Source: Pseudovirgaria hyperparasitica
Taxonomy: Eukaryota
Reading direction: 5' to 3' (one strand)
Length of the DNA: 58,250 nt
Assembly: GCA_010093815.1 (NCBI GenBank)
Contig: ML996592.1
Part shown: positions 25,878-40,733 of the stretch, piece by piece
Position numbering within the stretch: position 1 is the stretch's first letter
Layout of the letters: each line of letters begins with the position of its first letter
The notes under the pieces: generated by a model
Told to the model about the DNA's origin: nothing
Seen by the model: only the letters and a program-made list of their open reading frames with translations
Databases searched by the model: none
Translations under genes and position numbers: made by a program

Positions 25878-28800
25878 CTAGAGATATATATCTAGGTAAT
25901 TCTTTTAGTAAGGAAGGACTATATAAACTTTATAATCTACTTAGGTATATATCTCTTCTAAAGATTATAGATAAGTCTTATATAGGTTATCTTATTAAAT
26001 ATACTAGCTATATTAAGAGAGAGTAGTATTACTATATATCTCTACTTCTATATAGTCTAAATAACTTTAAGAATATATTAGATAGTAGTAATTAGGGAGC
26101 TTCTAGTCTTTATCTTCTAGTTCGCTAGAAGAAGGTTATATTCTTATACTATAGTACTTATCTTCTTTATAATTATAGTCTTAAGTATCTTTCTAAGATA
26201 GAAGAGAAGGGTAATTAGTCTCTATCCTTCTAGGGAGTTAGAGTTCTTCTCTAGCTTTAGAAGTATAATAGTATAGATAGTCTAGAAACTTTAGAGATAG
26301 TATCTATTCTTAGTATATATCTAGAAGATAAGACTAATAAGTAGTAGAGTTATCTATATAGTATATTTAAGGTATCTATTTAGTATTCTATCTAGTCTAG
26401 ATACTTTATTATTTAGGAGTACTTTAATAGTATTAAGTATATTCTCTTCTATAATCTCTATAGAAATATTAACTATATCTAGATATATAGTATTATTAAT
26501 ATCTAATAGATCTACTAGCTCTAGAGGGGAAAATATAATCTTTTAGAGGATCTCTATCTTTTTAGGGCTTATAGTATATATTCTCCTCTAGTATATTAGA
26601 GGAGGTATTAGTAGTAGTAGTATTAGTATATCTATACCCTTAGTCTACTTTACTATATACTATAGCTCTATAGCTTATTATGTATATTTATTAGTAATTA
26701 TATACTAGTATTTATATTATTTATTATAGAGGGTTCTATTATAAGATTAGATTATCTCTTTCTATTTCTTCTATACCTTAGCTATCTAGATATAGTATAC
26801 ACGTATATATAGTCTCTAGACTTTCTATCTACTTTTATATATTTAAGGTATACCCCTTATATCTAGAGGCTTATATATTTAGTATAGTATATATTTATCT
26901 CTTAAGTCTTAGAAGACTTAAAGAAGGACTTATATAGCTCTATCTATAGCTAGGCTATTAGATATATTAACTATAGAGGGGTCTAGAATTACTAGTTCTA
27001 GGTCCTCCCTATATTTCTTCTAGTTAGTATCTTTCTAGAGCTATCTTCTCTATTATTTATTAGATATAGATATATCTATTATAGTCTCTATATACTTATA
27101 GTTAGAGTCTATCTATATCTTACTTAGGTAGTAGTATTATACTCTATAGCTTATATATTCTATAATAAGAGTAAGGTTAAGTATAGATCTCTTCTTATTC
27201 TATTTATATTTCCTCTATATAATTTATCTAAATAATATAAGAAGGTATAGAAGGTTATAGTATCTTATATATAGTTCTCTTACTCTAAGTTCTTCTCTTA
27301 TAACTATTAGATCTCTTTACTATCTATAGTAGAGATTAAAGTTATCTAGAAGAATATATTATTCTAGTACTATAATATCTTCTAGTATAGTATCTAGTAT
27401 AAGTAATTCTCTCTAGTTATAGATATTATAGATATAGAAAGATTCTATATTTATCTAGAGATATAGTATTATTTAGAGATTATCTTTTTTTATATAGAAC
27501 TACTTAGAGAGTAGAATTAATTTATATATATAGAATAGAACTCTTCTATCTAGGCTTAGAGGGTAGATAGTATAGTACCCTAGGTATATTATTAGTTTAT
27601 TAGTTTAGTAGTATTTATATAGCTTCTAGATAGCTATTATTATAGTATCTATCTCGTTAAGAAGTATAGTCTAGTTTTCTTATTTATATTATATATTTAT
27701 CTATATAATAATAAGTATATCTTAGTTTCTTATTAGGTACTAGAGAATACTTAGACCTATATACTAGTAGTATTAAGGCATGACTATCCCCGTACTATAG
27801 CTACCTTAAGAATACTCTAGGGTTAACCTATCTTCCTCTATATAGTATACTATTCTATATTATTCTCGCCCTCTTATAGATTAGTAGATATAATTATAGA
27901 TAAGGTTAGAGTAGGTAGTAGAGATCTTATAGCCTAGTATATCTACCTTACTTCTCTTACCTTTATAGTATTAATATACTTAGTAACTTATTTATATTTT
28001 ATATATATTACTAACTAGAATAGGTATTTTCTATTATAGTTAGAGTACTTAGTAGTATCTCTATTATATATACTATCGCTCTACGTCCCATAGAGGTATT
28101 CCTAGATACTATAGCTCTAAAAATACTAGCCATATATAGCCTTTTAAGAGTATCTTAACCTAGTATATCTATATCTCTAATAGTTAAAGTATTAGATTAT
28201 TATCTATATCTAATTCTATAGTTCTACTATAAGTAGTTCCCCTTTAGCTAAGAAGCCTTCTTATATAATTCTATAGATAAGAGTAGAGTCTCTAAGCTCT
28301 ACTATTATAGTAGAGTATTTTTTTAATTTTATCTTAATTTTCTATATATTTTTCTACTATACCTTTATAATCTTAATTCTAGGGTATTTCTAGTTATTAG
28401 ATCTCTCTATTTACTTAATATTATTATTTCTAATAATATAGCTCTAGATAGAGATAGTATATATCTATATTAGATATATATTTATATAGACGGATATACT
28501 AGAGAAGATATTATTTATTATATTTAAATTATAGAATATAGTCTACTAAACTATATTAGTAGTAGTTATTAGTACTATATCTTCTAGAGTAAGTTTAGCT
28601 ATAACTATATTTAATTATATTTCTTTCTATTTATTAATTTTATTAATAATATTCTTTAGAAATATCTACTAGACTTATATAAGTACTTTCTTATTCTAGA
28701 TAGTAACTTATATACTATATACTTCTCTCTTAGATATTCTTAGTATTTAGACTATTCTAGTTATATTATCTATTAGTATAGTAATCTATATCTATATACT

Positions 28801-29207
28801 AGAGTATTTCTTCTAGGTAAGGTCTACCTAGATCTTTAATAGACTAGCCTTAATCTAGTCTAGCCTAGACTCTAGGTTTAACTCTAGCGCCCGCTTTACT
28901 TCTATAGTAAGTTCTTAGATATTCTAGACTAGACTCTAGAAGATATTAAGAAGGGTAGTCTCTCTCTTCTTAATCTCCCTTTCTATATATACTATCTAGT
29001 ATTTAATTTTATTTATAAGGGTATCCCCTAGTAGAGTCCTCTCTATCTTAGTTATCTATAGTATTTTATACTCTTAGTTATTTTTTATTTTCTAGATAGT
29101 AGTTTAGTTATTCTAGAATATACTACTATATAGCTATTTCTATTATACTAGTAGTAGAGATATACCCGGTAGAAGCTAGGGTATATTACTATCTAAGGCC
29201 GCTATAA

Positions 29208-29238
29208 TTATTAGTTAAGGGCTATCCTTAACTAATAA
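29208..29238. repeat. Conserved palindrome copy (LINE-B 5' position)
   Basis: TTATTAGTTAAGG-GCTAT-CCTTAACTAATAA. Confidence 0.93.
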
Positions 29239-32200
29239 AAGAGAGGTTAGTATATTTACGTTTATTAGTAGTAGTCTATACTTACTACTCTAAAGAGTTT
29301 TTAAGTATATATATATATATAGTATCTCTATATATTAGTACTATTATATATTATATACGATATATATATACGTATATCGGAAGTTATTATACTTAGTATA
29401 CTCTATTAATTAATATCTATAGATTACTATATTACCCTAAATTAACTAGTTTTAGTCCCTTAGAGTATAAGAAGTTTTAAGTATATATAAAGTACTATAG
29501 ATAAAGAAGATAGAGAGAACCTTAGTTAAAGATACTCTTCTAGATAAAATTAACTACTAGATAGTATATAAAGAGAGAGATTAAGAAAGAAGAGACTATC
29601 TTTCTTAGTATTTTCTAGAGTCTAGTCTAGAATATTAAAGAGCTTACTATAAAAGTAAAATAGATACTAGAAGTAAGTTTAGAATCTAGATTAGACTAGG
29701 TTAAGGCTAGTCTACTATAGATCTAAGAAGGCCTTACCTAGAAGAAATATCTAACTACTTAAATATAAGTTATAGTACTATTTAGTAGTATAGCTAGAAT
29801 AGCTTTAATACTAAAGATATCTATAGAAGAAGTATATAGTATATAGATTATAATCTAGAATAAGAAAGTCCTTATATAGGTCTAGAAGGTATCTCTAAAG
29901 AATATTATTAATAAGATTAATAAATAAAAAGAAATATAGTTAAAAATAGTTATAGCTAAACTTACTCTAGAAGGTATAGTACTAACTACTACTACTAATA
30001 TAGTCTAGTAGACTATCTTCTATAATCTAGATATAATTAATAATATTTTCTTTAGTATATCTATCTATACTAATATATATCTAATATAGTTATATATAGT
30101 CTCTATCTAGAGATATATTATTAGTATTAATATTATTAAGTAAATAGAGTAATCTAATAACTAGAAGTACCCTAGAATTAAGATTATAAAAGTATAGTAG
30201 AAGAATATATAGAGAATTAAAGTAAAATTAAAAAAGTACTCTACTATAATAGTAGAGCTCTAAGACTCTATTCTTATCTATTAGATTTTATAAGAAGACT
30301 TCTTAGCTAAGAAAGAGCTACTTATAGTAGAACTATAGAATAGAGTATAGATAATAATCTAATACTTTAACTATTAGAGATATAGATATACTAGATAGAG
30401 ATACTCTTAGAAGACTATCTATAGATAGTACTAATAGAACTATAGTATCTAGAAATACCTATATAAAGTATAGAGTAACTATATATATAATAAAGATACT
30501 TCTAAGTACTCTAACTATAATAGAAACTATCTATTATAGTTAGTAATATATATAAAATATAAATAAGTTACTAAATATATTAATACTATAAAGGTAAGAG
30601 AAGTAATATAGATATACTAGACTATAAATAAGACCTCTACTATCTACTCTAATCTTATCTATAAATCTATAAGAAAGCTAAGATAATATATAATAGTATA
30701 CTATATAGAGGAAGATAGGCTAATCTAGAGATATTCTTAAAGTAGCTACTATATAGAGATAATCACGCCTTATTACTACTAGTATATAGACTTTAGTATT
30801 TTCTAGTATCTAATAAGGAGCTATAATATATTTATTATTATATAGATAAATATATAATATAAATAAGAAAACTAGGTAATACTCTTAGAAGAGATAGATA
30901 CTATAATAATAGCTATCTAGAAGCTATATAAATACTACTAAACTAATAAACTAATAATATATCTAGAATACTATACTATCTACCCTCTAGACCTAGATAG
31001 AAGAGTTCTATTCTATATATATAAATTAATCCCGCTCTTAGAGTAGTTCTATATAAAATAAGATAACCTCTAAATAATATTATACCTCTAGATAAATATA
31101 GAATCTCTCTATATCTATAATATCTATAACTAGAGAGAATTACTTATACTAGATACTATACTAGAAGATATTATAGTACTAGAATAATATATCCTTCTAA
31201 ATAACTTTAATCTCTACTATAGATAGTAAAGAGATCTAATAGTTATAAGAGAAGAACGTAGAGTAAGAGAACTATATATAAGATACTATAACCTTCTATA
31301 CCTTCTTATACTAATTAGATAAATTATATAGAGAAAATATAAATAGAATAAAGAAAGATCTATACTTAACCTTACTCTTACTATAGATTATATAAGCTAT
31401 AGAGTATAATACTACTATCTAAGTAAGATATAGATAGACTCTAACTATAAGTATATAGAGACTATAATAGATATATCTATATCTAATAAATAATATAGAA
31501 GATAGAAAGTCTAGAGACTATATATATATATTATATCTAGATAGCTAAGATATAGAAGGAATAGAAGAAGATAATCTAATTTTAGAATAGAACTCTCTAT
31601 AATAAATAATATAAATACTAATATATAATTACTAATAGATATATATAATAAGCTATAGAGCTATAATATATAGTAAAGTAGACTAAGAGTATAAATATAC
31701 CGACGCTACTACTACTAATACCTCCCCTAATATACTAGAAGAGAATATATACTATAAGTCTAGAAAAGATAGAGATTCTCTATAAAGTTATATTTCCCTC
31801 TCTAGAGCTAGTAGACCTATCTAATATAAATAATACTATATATCTAGATATAGTTAATATCTCTATAGAGATTATAGAAGAGAATATACTTAATACTATT
31901 AGAGTACTTCTAAATAATAAAGCGCCTAGACTAGATAGAATACTAAATAAATATCTTAAATATACTATATAGATAATCCTACTACTTATTAATCTTATCT
32001 TCTAGATATATACTAAGAATAGATACTATCTCTAAAGCTTTTAAACTATTTATATTATTATACTTCTAAAACTAGAGAAGAATTCTAACTCTCTAAAAGG
32101 GTAGAGACTAATTACCCTTCTCTTCTATCTTAGTAAGATACTTAAGACTATAATTATAAAGAAGATAAGTATTATAGTATAGAAATATAATCTTCTTCTA

Positions 32201-32648
32201 CTAAACTAGAAAGTAAAGACTAGAAGCTCTCTAATTACTACTATCTAATATATTCTTAAAGTTATCTAGACTATATAGAAATATAATTATATAGTAATAG
32301 TACTCTCTCTTAATATAGCTAGTATATTTAATAAGATAAACTATATAAGACTTATCTATAATCTATAGAAGAGATATATATCTAAATAGATTATAAAGTT
32401 TATATAGTCCTTTCTTACTAAAAGAATTACCTAGATATATATCTATAGATATTAAAGTAAATATAAGAAAATAATATATAGTATTCTATAAGAAAGTACT
32501 ATCTCCCTAATTCTCTTTCTCTTCTTTACTATAGACCTTCTATAGAGAATATAATATATAGAGATAGTAGAGTATACTAATTATATATACCTTCTAGCTA
32601 TCAATGATAATACTAGTCTAATATATAAATATCTTAAATAAGACTATA

Positions 32649-32890
32649 TATAAAGATTATAGACGTAGAATAGTAGTCTAATAGATTATAGAGAGATTCG
32701 GGAATATATTTAAAAGGGTAGTCTACTCTTATAATAAGATTATTTTCTAAAGAGTAGAAATTAAGTATATATAGTCTACTTATATAGTAGTCTTACTTAG
32801 TCTAGCTAACTTAATTCTAGGTCTATCTATTATAGGACTATACTAGACTATAGTAGTCTAGTTAAGTCTATTCTAGTATTTATTCTAATA
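32649..32890 (-). repeat. Gypsy-3 3' LTR
   Basis: Direct repeat of 40492-40733. Confidence 0.93.
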
Positions 32891-33390
32891 ATATTCTTCT
32901 TCTTTTTATACTTTACTCTAAAGTCCTTAACTATATATAAATCTAAAATTCTATAACTATTATATTTCTATACACGTGTAATTAAATCTATATAATATAA
33001 TTAATAGCCTTTATATAGATAAACTTTAGATTCTAGTTTACTTTTATTAACTTATATATACGCTTATTTCTTACTTTCTAGCTACTACCTTAGAGATAGC
33101 TCCGCGGGTTATATAACTACTATATTAATTAAGCTTATATTTAGTTCTTTTATTCTAAATTTTCTTCTTTAGTATATCTATCTTACTCTTAAGATAAGTT
33201 ATTAATTTATATACTATCTTCTTTAGTTTAGATTAATTAGAGTCTAGAGTAGTCTATTATTATTAGAATTAGTTCTATATAATCTATTTATATTATTATA
33301 GTTACTAATCTAGCTTTTCTAATCGCTCTTAAGGCTAGATAAATATTTCTTTCTTAGATCTTTAGCTAATATATATATATATATATATAG

Positions 33391-34600
33391 ATATCTAATA
33401 CTAGTTCTATTTCTAAGTCTATCTTCTTCTCTTATAAGACTTACTCTAAAGAGATTATCTCTACTCTAGCTATACTAGCTAAAAAGTCTACTTATTATAG
33501 TAGTATAAAGATATACTCTAAGTTAGAGAAGAAGATAGCTAAGACTACTACTACTATTACTACTAAGGTAGCTATTAGTTACTCTAATCTAGATAATTCT
33601 AGTACTAGTATTATAGAAGAAGTAGCTATAAACTCTATTTATACTTTCTTATACTATCTATCTACTCTATCTTCTATAGAGAATAAAGAGAATCTTATTA
33701 TAGATAATAATTAAGAGTTTATACCCTTACTATCTAAGTCTAAATACTATTTCTCTTTTTAGTCTAATATAGACTAGCTTAGTTACTCTAGATTCTTTTA
33801 GAACCTTAGTATTTATTTTAAATCTAGCTCTACTAATAATAAGACCTAGATTACTAAAGATACTAAATATAGTTATAGTTTATACTATAAGAAAAATAGT
33901 AAACTATAGTTTAATATACTATAAGTATATTAAGACTTATATAACTAGCTCTAAATACCTCTTCTACTCTAACTCTAGTATTAGCTATTACTCTACTAAT
34001 TATAATAGATCTATATATCTAATCTTTAAACTATCTATCTACTACTACTACTATACTATTCTTAGTAAAGTTTATCTTTAGATTAGTCTATTAGACTATT
34101 TTAGTCTAGAGTAATCTAAAGTTATCTATACTAATATATTTTTAGATTTCTATTTATATATAAGATATATATAATAATCTTTATATCTATAAGACTCTTA
34201 GTAGTTCTAGTAGTTATCTAGTCTCTATATATAGAGAGTTTAGAGAGTAATATAAGCTCTTTCTAGAGATTATTAAAGTATAAGTTTAGAAACTATTAAT
34301 TACTCTTAACCTTATCTTATAATTTTTAGTTACTATAAGATTTCTAGTACTTAGACTATCTATTCTAGAGAGTTAGTTTTAGCTACTAAGACTATAAAAG
34401 AGATTTATAGTATCTTCTTCTATCTATCTTATACTACTAATAGATCTTATAAGAGATCTACTATTTCTTCTTCTAAGTTACCTTATAAGAAGGTATATAT
34501 TTTATTCTAGATTATTCTAGACTATATTAGCTAACTTTAGGCCTAGTTACTCTACTCTAGTACTTAGTTATTATCTTACTAGACTCTAACTAAGTATATA
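33391..34600 (+). pseudogene. Putative antisense, possibly spliced extra ORF inside the Gypsy-3 3' region
   Basis: About 105 stop-free codons from 33391 despite heavy RIP, and an intron-like GTATAT...CTAAC...TAG at 33925-33978. The end is approximate. Confidence 0.4.
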
Positions 34601-35299
34601 GTTACTCTAGAGAATAAGATCTTAGACCTCCGCTACTTTATTACTTAGCTAGTTTATTTATTATACTTTAAAAGTAAGAATAAGATAGAGAAGTAGCTCT
34701 ATAGCTTTATATACTAGGGTTTCTATAGGGTATATACTAGCTCTATTTATCTAGCTTCTATCTATTTTAGTTCTTTTAAGACTATTTAAATATCTATCTA
34801 CTAGTTTTCTAGTAATTTAATTCTTAACTTAATAATATTATATATACTCTTATTTATTCTATAACTATTAAATTCTAGATTCTAATTTTCTTTTAGTTAC
34901 TAAAGTATAAATATTATATATAAATTAGTTTATCTCTCTAAATTACATTAGAGTATCTAAACTAGTAGTCTAGTAGTTATTAGTTTAGATACTCTAACTT
35001 TTTATATTATATATTATAAGTTTAATTCTATAGTAGGGTACCTTTTTAGATTCTTAGTTCTATATTTTTCTTATATATAATAGTCTATATTAGTCTATTC
35101 TAGACTTTTCTATATTATTCTATTATAATATATTATATTATATATCTATAATAGTTATTTATATTTTCTTCATATTTAGTAACTATATATTACTTAAACT
35201 ATAGGCCTACCCTATAGAGTTTTCCTAGTATATATTTAAGATTTATAACTTAATACTTTATTCTCTATAGTATTCTTCTTCTTTTTATAATAGCTCTAA

Positions 35300-38200
35300 T
35301 AGTACTAGGTTTATAGTAGTAATATATTATTCTATAACCTCTATTTATATATAGATATTACGGTACTTAAGATATATACTATAGGTTTCTAGATATTCTT
35401 ATTCTTAGTATAGTTCTTCTAATAGATTTAATACTTCGAGATACTATTCTTATTAAGTCTATAATTAATAATATAGTCTACTTTATATATATCTAGTCTA
35501 TCTTAGAGTATAATAGAATATAACTATATATTTATATAATTATATATATTAGATTAAAACCTTTCGAGTAATAAGATATAGAATATATTATAGACTTTTA
35601 TATTATTTCCTAGGTTAAGCTTATAGACTCTTATACTAATATAATATATAATTTAGAAGGGACTAGCTATTTTATAATTACGCTTTTTATTTACTTATAA
35701 TATTTATATATTATAGATATTAAGAAGAACTTTATCTCTCTCTTTATATATTTAATCTCTAACTAATCTATTATAGTACTTTATATATAACTTATTTACT
35801 TACTAGATTATTATATAATAGTTATATATAGTTTTAAAGATTTTAATTACTAGTTTCTATATATAAATATTAATATCTATTATTTAGTTAAACTAGACCG
35901 TATAAGGTTTAAAATCTATTCTTAGACTATATTCTAGATTTACCTAGAAGGGTATAATATCTATTATACTATAATAGTTATTATTATATATAAATTCTAC
36001 TATACTTAGTAGAGAGACCTAGTTATCTTATTTAAAATTATAGAATATATAAAGATAGGCCTTAAGTATTTAGTTCTATTGCTCTATCTAACTATCTATT
36101 TATAGATAGAATACTATTAATATATTTCTATTTATACTAGCTGTCTTATAGAATAACATCTAGAATTTAGACTTAAATATACTTCCTTAGTCTATAATAA
36201 TTCTTTTTAGTATACTATAGGTCTTAATAATCTTATTCTAGAATACTTATACTAGTTCTTTTAATATAATTATCTTCTATACTAGAATATATCTAGATAT
36301 CTTTATAAGTCTATCTATAATAATAAGAATTAAATTATAACTTATTCTAAGTATCTTACTTAGAGGTAAGTTAACTATAAAATCTATAATAATATCTTTC
36401 TATATAGAAGAGAGACTAGTAGAGACTATAAACTTCTATATAGCTTATATCTAGGTACCTTCGTTCTTTAAAAAATTAGATAAGTAGCTATCTATTCTTT
36501 AATATACTTAGATATATCTTTCTAAAAATAGTACTAATAAATTAAGCTTAGAGTATATATATACCCGAAATATTCTACTAGGTTAGTATTATAGTATTAG
36601 CTAACTATAGTAAATTATATATTATCTATTAGTATATAATACTTTCTATTATAGTAAAGTAAGCTATCTATAAAGATCTACTTATACTCTACTTTAGTCT
36701 ATAATAATCTATCTTACTATATTTTATATAACTTTAAAACTATTAGATCTATCTTTTATAGATATATAATTAACTAGATAAGATTAACTTAATATATATA
36801 CTAGATACTATTACTTTCTCTAATAGCACTAATAAATAGCTTACTAGAGACTTTAGTACTACGTCTTTAGTTACCGGCTTTAGTCTTATAAATTTAATTA
36901 CTAGTATTAGTATTAGTATCTTACTAATTATTAGATAACTTCTTATCTAATCTTATTCTTATAAGTTAGATCTATAGCTACTCTAGAACTCTATAGCTAC
37001 TATAATTCTAGATACCTTCTTTATAGTTAGATCTTCTTAATATTCTATTAGCTAGATTTATACTTCTAGATTAATAGTAGATTATAAAGTAGAAATTTAT
37101 AAGCTACCTAGTCTATTAAATCTATTAATAATTTAAAACTATTATACTTATAAACCCCTTTAAGTTATAGTAATTAGTTAGTAACTTAATATTATATATA
37201 GTATCTTTAAGATAATATTATTACTACTTAAATAACTCTACTATTACTAGTAGCTCTTAGTTATAAATAGTATATCTAGTCTTAATATTAGCTATCTTAT
37301 ATAAGAAGAATATAACTAGATACTACTAGATCTTTTTAGACTCTATTAGTCTAGGCTAGAAGAGTATATCTAAGATTATAAATTCTAATATATTAGTTTT
37401 AATATAAATAGATTTAGTTAGATTAAAGTATACTAGTAATAGAGTAGTTATAAATATCTCTTTAATCTTCTTAAAGAATATTCTTTTAACCTCTATTAAT
37501 TTAATAGATTATAACTTAATATTATACTATTTCTATCTACTATAGACTATAATAGATAGATTAGTAGTAGTAGTCTATAAATTAAGTAGTACGGCTAAAT
37601 AGAAGAAGTATTTAATAAATTTTTAATAGTAGTTAGTAAAGCTAATAAAGATATATATATCTTAAATAGATTTTAGTTTAGACTAGTCTATAATAGTAAT
37701 AACTCTATCTCTCTCTATAGTTATATCTTAGTTAGTAATAAGAAAGCTAAGAAAGTTAATATAGTTCTAATAGAACTTATATTTAGATAGCTTAATATAT
37801 AGCTTATACTTTTCTAGTCTATCTAGAACTATATATATATACTAGATATACTCCTCCTTATTATCTAAGAAGATAAGAATATTATCTAGGTATATAATAT
37901 ATATTATATTAAGTAGATCTACTAGTATATTATTAATATATACTTAAAAGGTATCTAGTATATTAGTTAGTCTAAAAGAGACTATAGTATACTTAAAGTA
38001 TCTATAATAGATTCTAAAGGCTATTTTCTATTTACTACCCTTCTTACTATAAAGGCGATAGTAGATATTATATAGATTAAGCTTAGTAAAGATCTTTATA
38101 TATTCTAGTTTATTAATAGATTTAGAGATAAGAGGTAGTAGATAATAATTCTTTTATATAATATTATTTAGACTATAGTAGTTAGTATATAGATAGAGAC

Positions 38201-40400
38201 TTCTATTCTTCTTCTTTATAAAGAGAATTAGAGATCTAGCTAGAGATATACTAGATCTAATCTATTCTTATATAAGATTCTTTTTAATATATTCTTAAAG
38301 AACTTCTAGTTTAGATTCCAAAAGAGAGTAGATAGGTCTATATAAAGGTTATTAGCTATCTTAAAGATTAATAGTAAGATTAGTAGATTAGTATTAAGGT
38401 AATTTAGAGGAATTAATTACTAATATAATATATTAGTATATTTTATACTAATATAATATATTAGTATATTTTATACTAATATAATATATTAGTATATTTT
38501 ATACTAATATAGTAGGTTTTTATCTACTTTAATACTAAGCTTACTATTTTAGATAAGTAAAAGTATATAGATAGTAGAGATTATCTTCTTATAATCTTTC
38601 TAGAATTATTTATTATTAATAAGCTATACTAGTTTCTATTAAGGTAGGTTTATATACTAGCTAGCTATTTTCTTAATAAAATCTAGTTTCGGATTATATT
38701 TTTTAAGCTATAGTATATCTAGAATTATATTAAAGAAACTATCTACTATAATAAAGGTAGAGTAGTAGGGTTTCTATTTCCTTCTACTATTCTAGATACT
38801 ATATTAAGTAGTATAGATTCCGTATAACTTAATAGAACTATTAATACTATAGAATATAGTATCTATTAGAGCTTAGATATTAATATTAAGTTCTTAGACT
38901 TCTTAGATTAATATAATATTAGTAGCTAAACTACTATTAAGTATTATAGTCTAATATTATCTATAAGAGACCTTAATAGGTCTAGCCTATAGTTTAATAT
39001 ACTATTTAGCTAGTTATCTCTCTATTATAGTTATATCTATAAGTTATAAGGGTTTCTTATAGACTATTAGTTTTTTATATTCTATACTAGATAGTTAGAC
39101 GTAATATATTCTAGCTACTAGTACTTATAACATATAACTAATTAGTTAGTTATATTAGTACTTAGTAGTTTCTCTAAATAGTACTTAGATACTATATAGT
39201 CTATCTTACTATAGGTATAGTAAGGAACTTTAGATTATTTATATAAGTTAGTTCTTATATCTTAATATATTAATTAGTAGAGAGATCCGTAATATAATTC
39301 TTATATTCTTAAGTTTAAAGAGTAGTAGTAACCTTATAATACTCTATAAGGTCTATTACTAAATTAGTTTTAATTAGATAATTTTATATTAGATTAGATT
39401 ATTAGAGAAAGTTATATACTAGTATAGTATTAGTTATTTATTATATACTAGTATTACTCTATAAGGTTTATAAGAGCTTAGAGATCTATAGAGATTATTA
39501 TTATAAGATTAAGATAGTTCTTTATATTTAGGGTAAGGAACCGTTTAAAGTTATTATATTATTAAATTATATAATCTTCTTTAACTTCTCTCTAGAGAGG
39601 CTAAAGGTATTAAAGAAGTTATAATAGTAACTAATTAATTTTATTATCGAGTCTCAAAGATATAGCTCTAGATCTATTTATATTATTTAGCTCTATTACT
39701 AAAATATTAGAGAAGAAATTTAGTAAATATATTCTAGTTATAGGTATTCTTAGAATATTAAATTTAGTATACTATCTAATATTCTAAAGGTATTAGATTA
39801 AGGTAGTTCTAGATAAATCTAATTTTATTACTATTATTTATAAATAGATAAAAGAATTAGCTATATTAGTAAGTCTATATATAGAAACTCTTTCTACTTT
39901 TACTATTAAAGTAAGATAGTTTCTTAGGTTAAGATAATTAAGATAGTAGTAGACTAGAATAGACCATTTTAGTTAGTATAGATCTATATAGATATAAATT
40001 AGTTCTTACTAGAACTAAAGTATATAATATAGCTTTAAGTCTTATAGTATATTCTTAAGCTTTATTAGATTTATATAGTTATTACTTAAGTTAAGTCTAA
40101 TACTATCTCTCTTTATATAGTCTAGTATATATATTATTATAGAGTATAGTTAACGTTAGATAGTTCTACTAAATTAACTTATTAATATTAATAGAGTCTA
40201 GTCTTATATTAAGGTTAGATCTAGTATAGTTTAAACTAGACTAAGATAGAGTATAATAGACTTTATCCTTATATTCTATAATATCTTCTATAGTTATATA
40301 GAATATTATATAAGTTATTTATATATTAGTCTATAAGATATACTTATTAGTAGAGATAGTTATAGATAGACTATTCTTCTTATTTAAGTTAGAAGAAGGT
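35300..40400 (-). pseudogene. pol: Gypsy-3 gag-pol remnant (PR, RT, RNase H, integrase, chromodomain)
   Basis: YLDNIL = YLDD (~37875-37892), IDFIVNLP integrase (~36364-36387), and a chromodomain-like segment at ~35310-35450. Boundaries are approximate. Confidence 0.85.
38418..38511. repeat. Perfect 28-bp tandem repeat (3.3 copies) whose unit contains a palindrome
   Basis: TACTAATATAATATATTAGTATATTTTA at 38418, 38446 and 38474, with a partial copy at 38502. Confidence 0.93.
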
Positions 40401-40491
40401 CTACTATAAGAGGCGGTACTATAAGTATTATAATAAGTAGTTAGAGCTATTTCTATAAACTACTATCGTGCTATATAAAGAGAAATTAAAA

Positions 40492-40733
40492 TATAAGAAT
40501 TATAGATATAGAATAGTAGTCTAATAGACTATAGAGAGATTTAGAAATATATTTAAAAGGGTAGTCTACTCTTATAATAAGGTTAATTTCTAAAGAGTAG
40601 AAATTAAGTATATATAGTCTACTTATATAGTAGTCTTACTTAGTCTAGCTAACTTAATTCTAGATCTATCTATTATAGAACCGTACTAGACTATAGTAGT
40701 CTAGTTAAGTCTATTCTAGTATTTATCCTAATA
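40492..40733 (-). repeat. Gypsy-3 5' LTR
   Basis: Direct repeat of 32649-32890. Confidence 0.93.

Larger units (their letters stand above)
23920..29485 (-). mobile_element. Full-length heavily RIPed Tad1-like LINE (LINE-B) inserted in ORF1 of LINE-A
   Basis: 14-bp TSD TATAAAGTACTATA (23906-23919 and 29486-29499), (ATA)n tail at the left end, 5' AAAACTTCTT at 29469-29478 (reverse complement), and collinearity with the other LINE copies. Confidence 0.92.
32649..40733 (-). mobile_element. Full-length heavily RIPed Ty3/Gypsy chromovirus (Gypsy-3) inserted in LINE-A ORF2
   Basis: ~242-bp LTRs at 32649-32890 and 40492-40733, TSD CTATA (32644-32648 and 40734-40738), and a pyrimidine tract at 32891-32908 that is the PPT on the minus strand. 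Confidence 0.93.

Noticed and set aside
33369..33389. (TA)n microsatellites here and at ~8717-8733
   Set aside because: They are an expected by-product of RIP and slippage.
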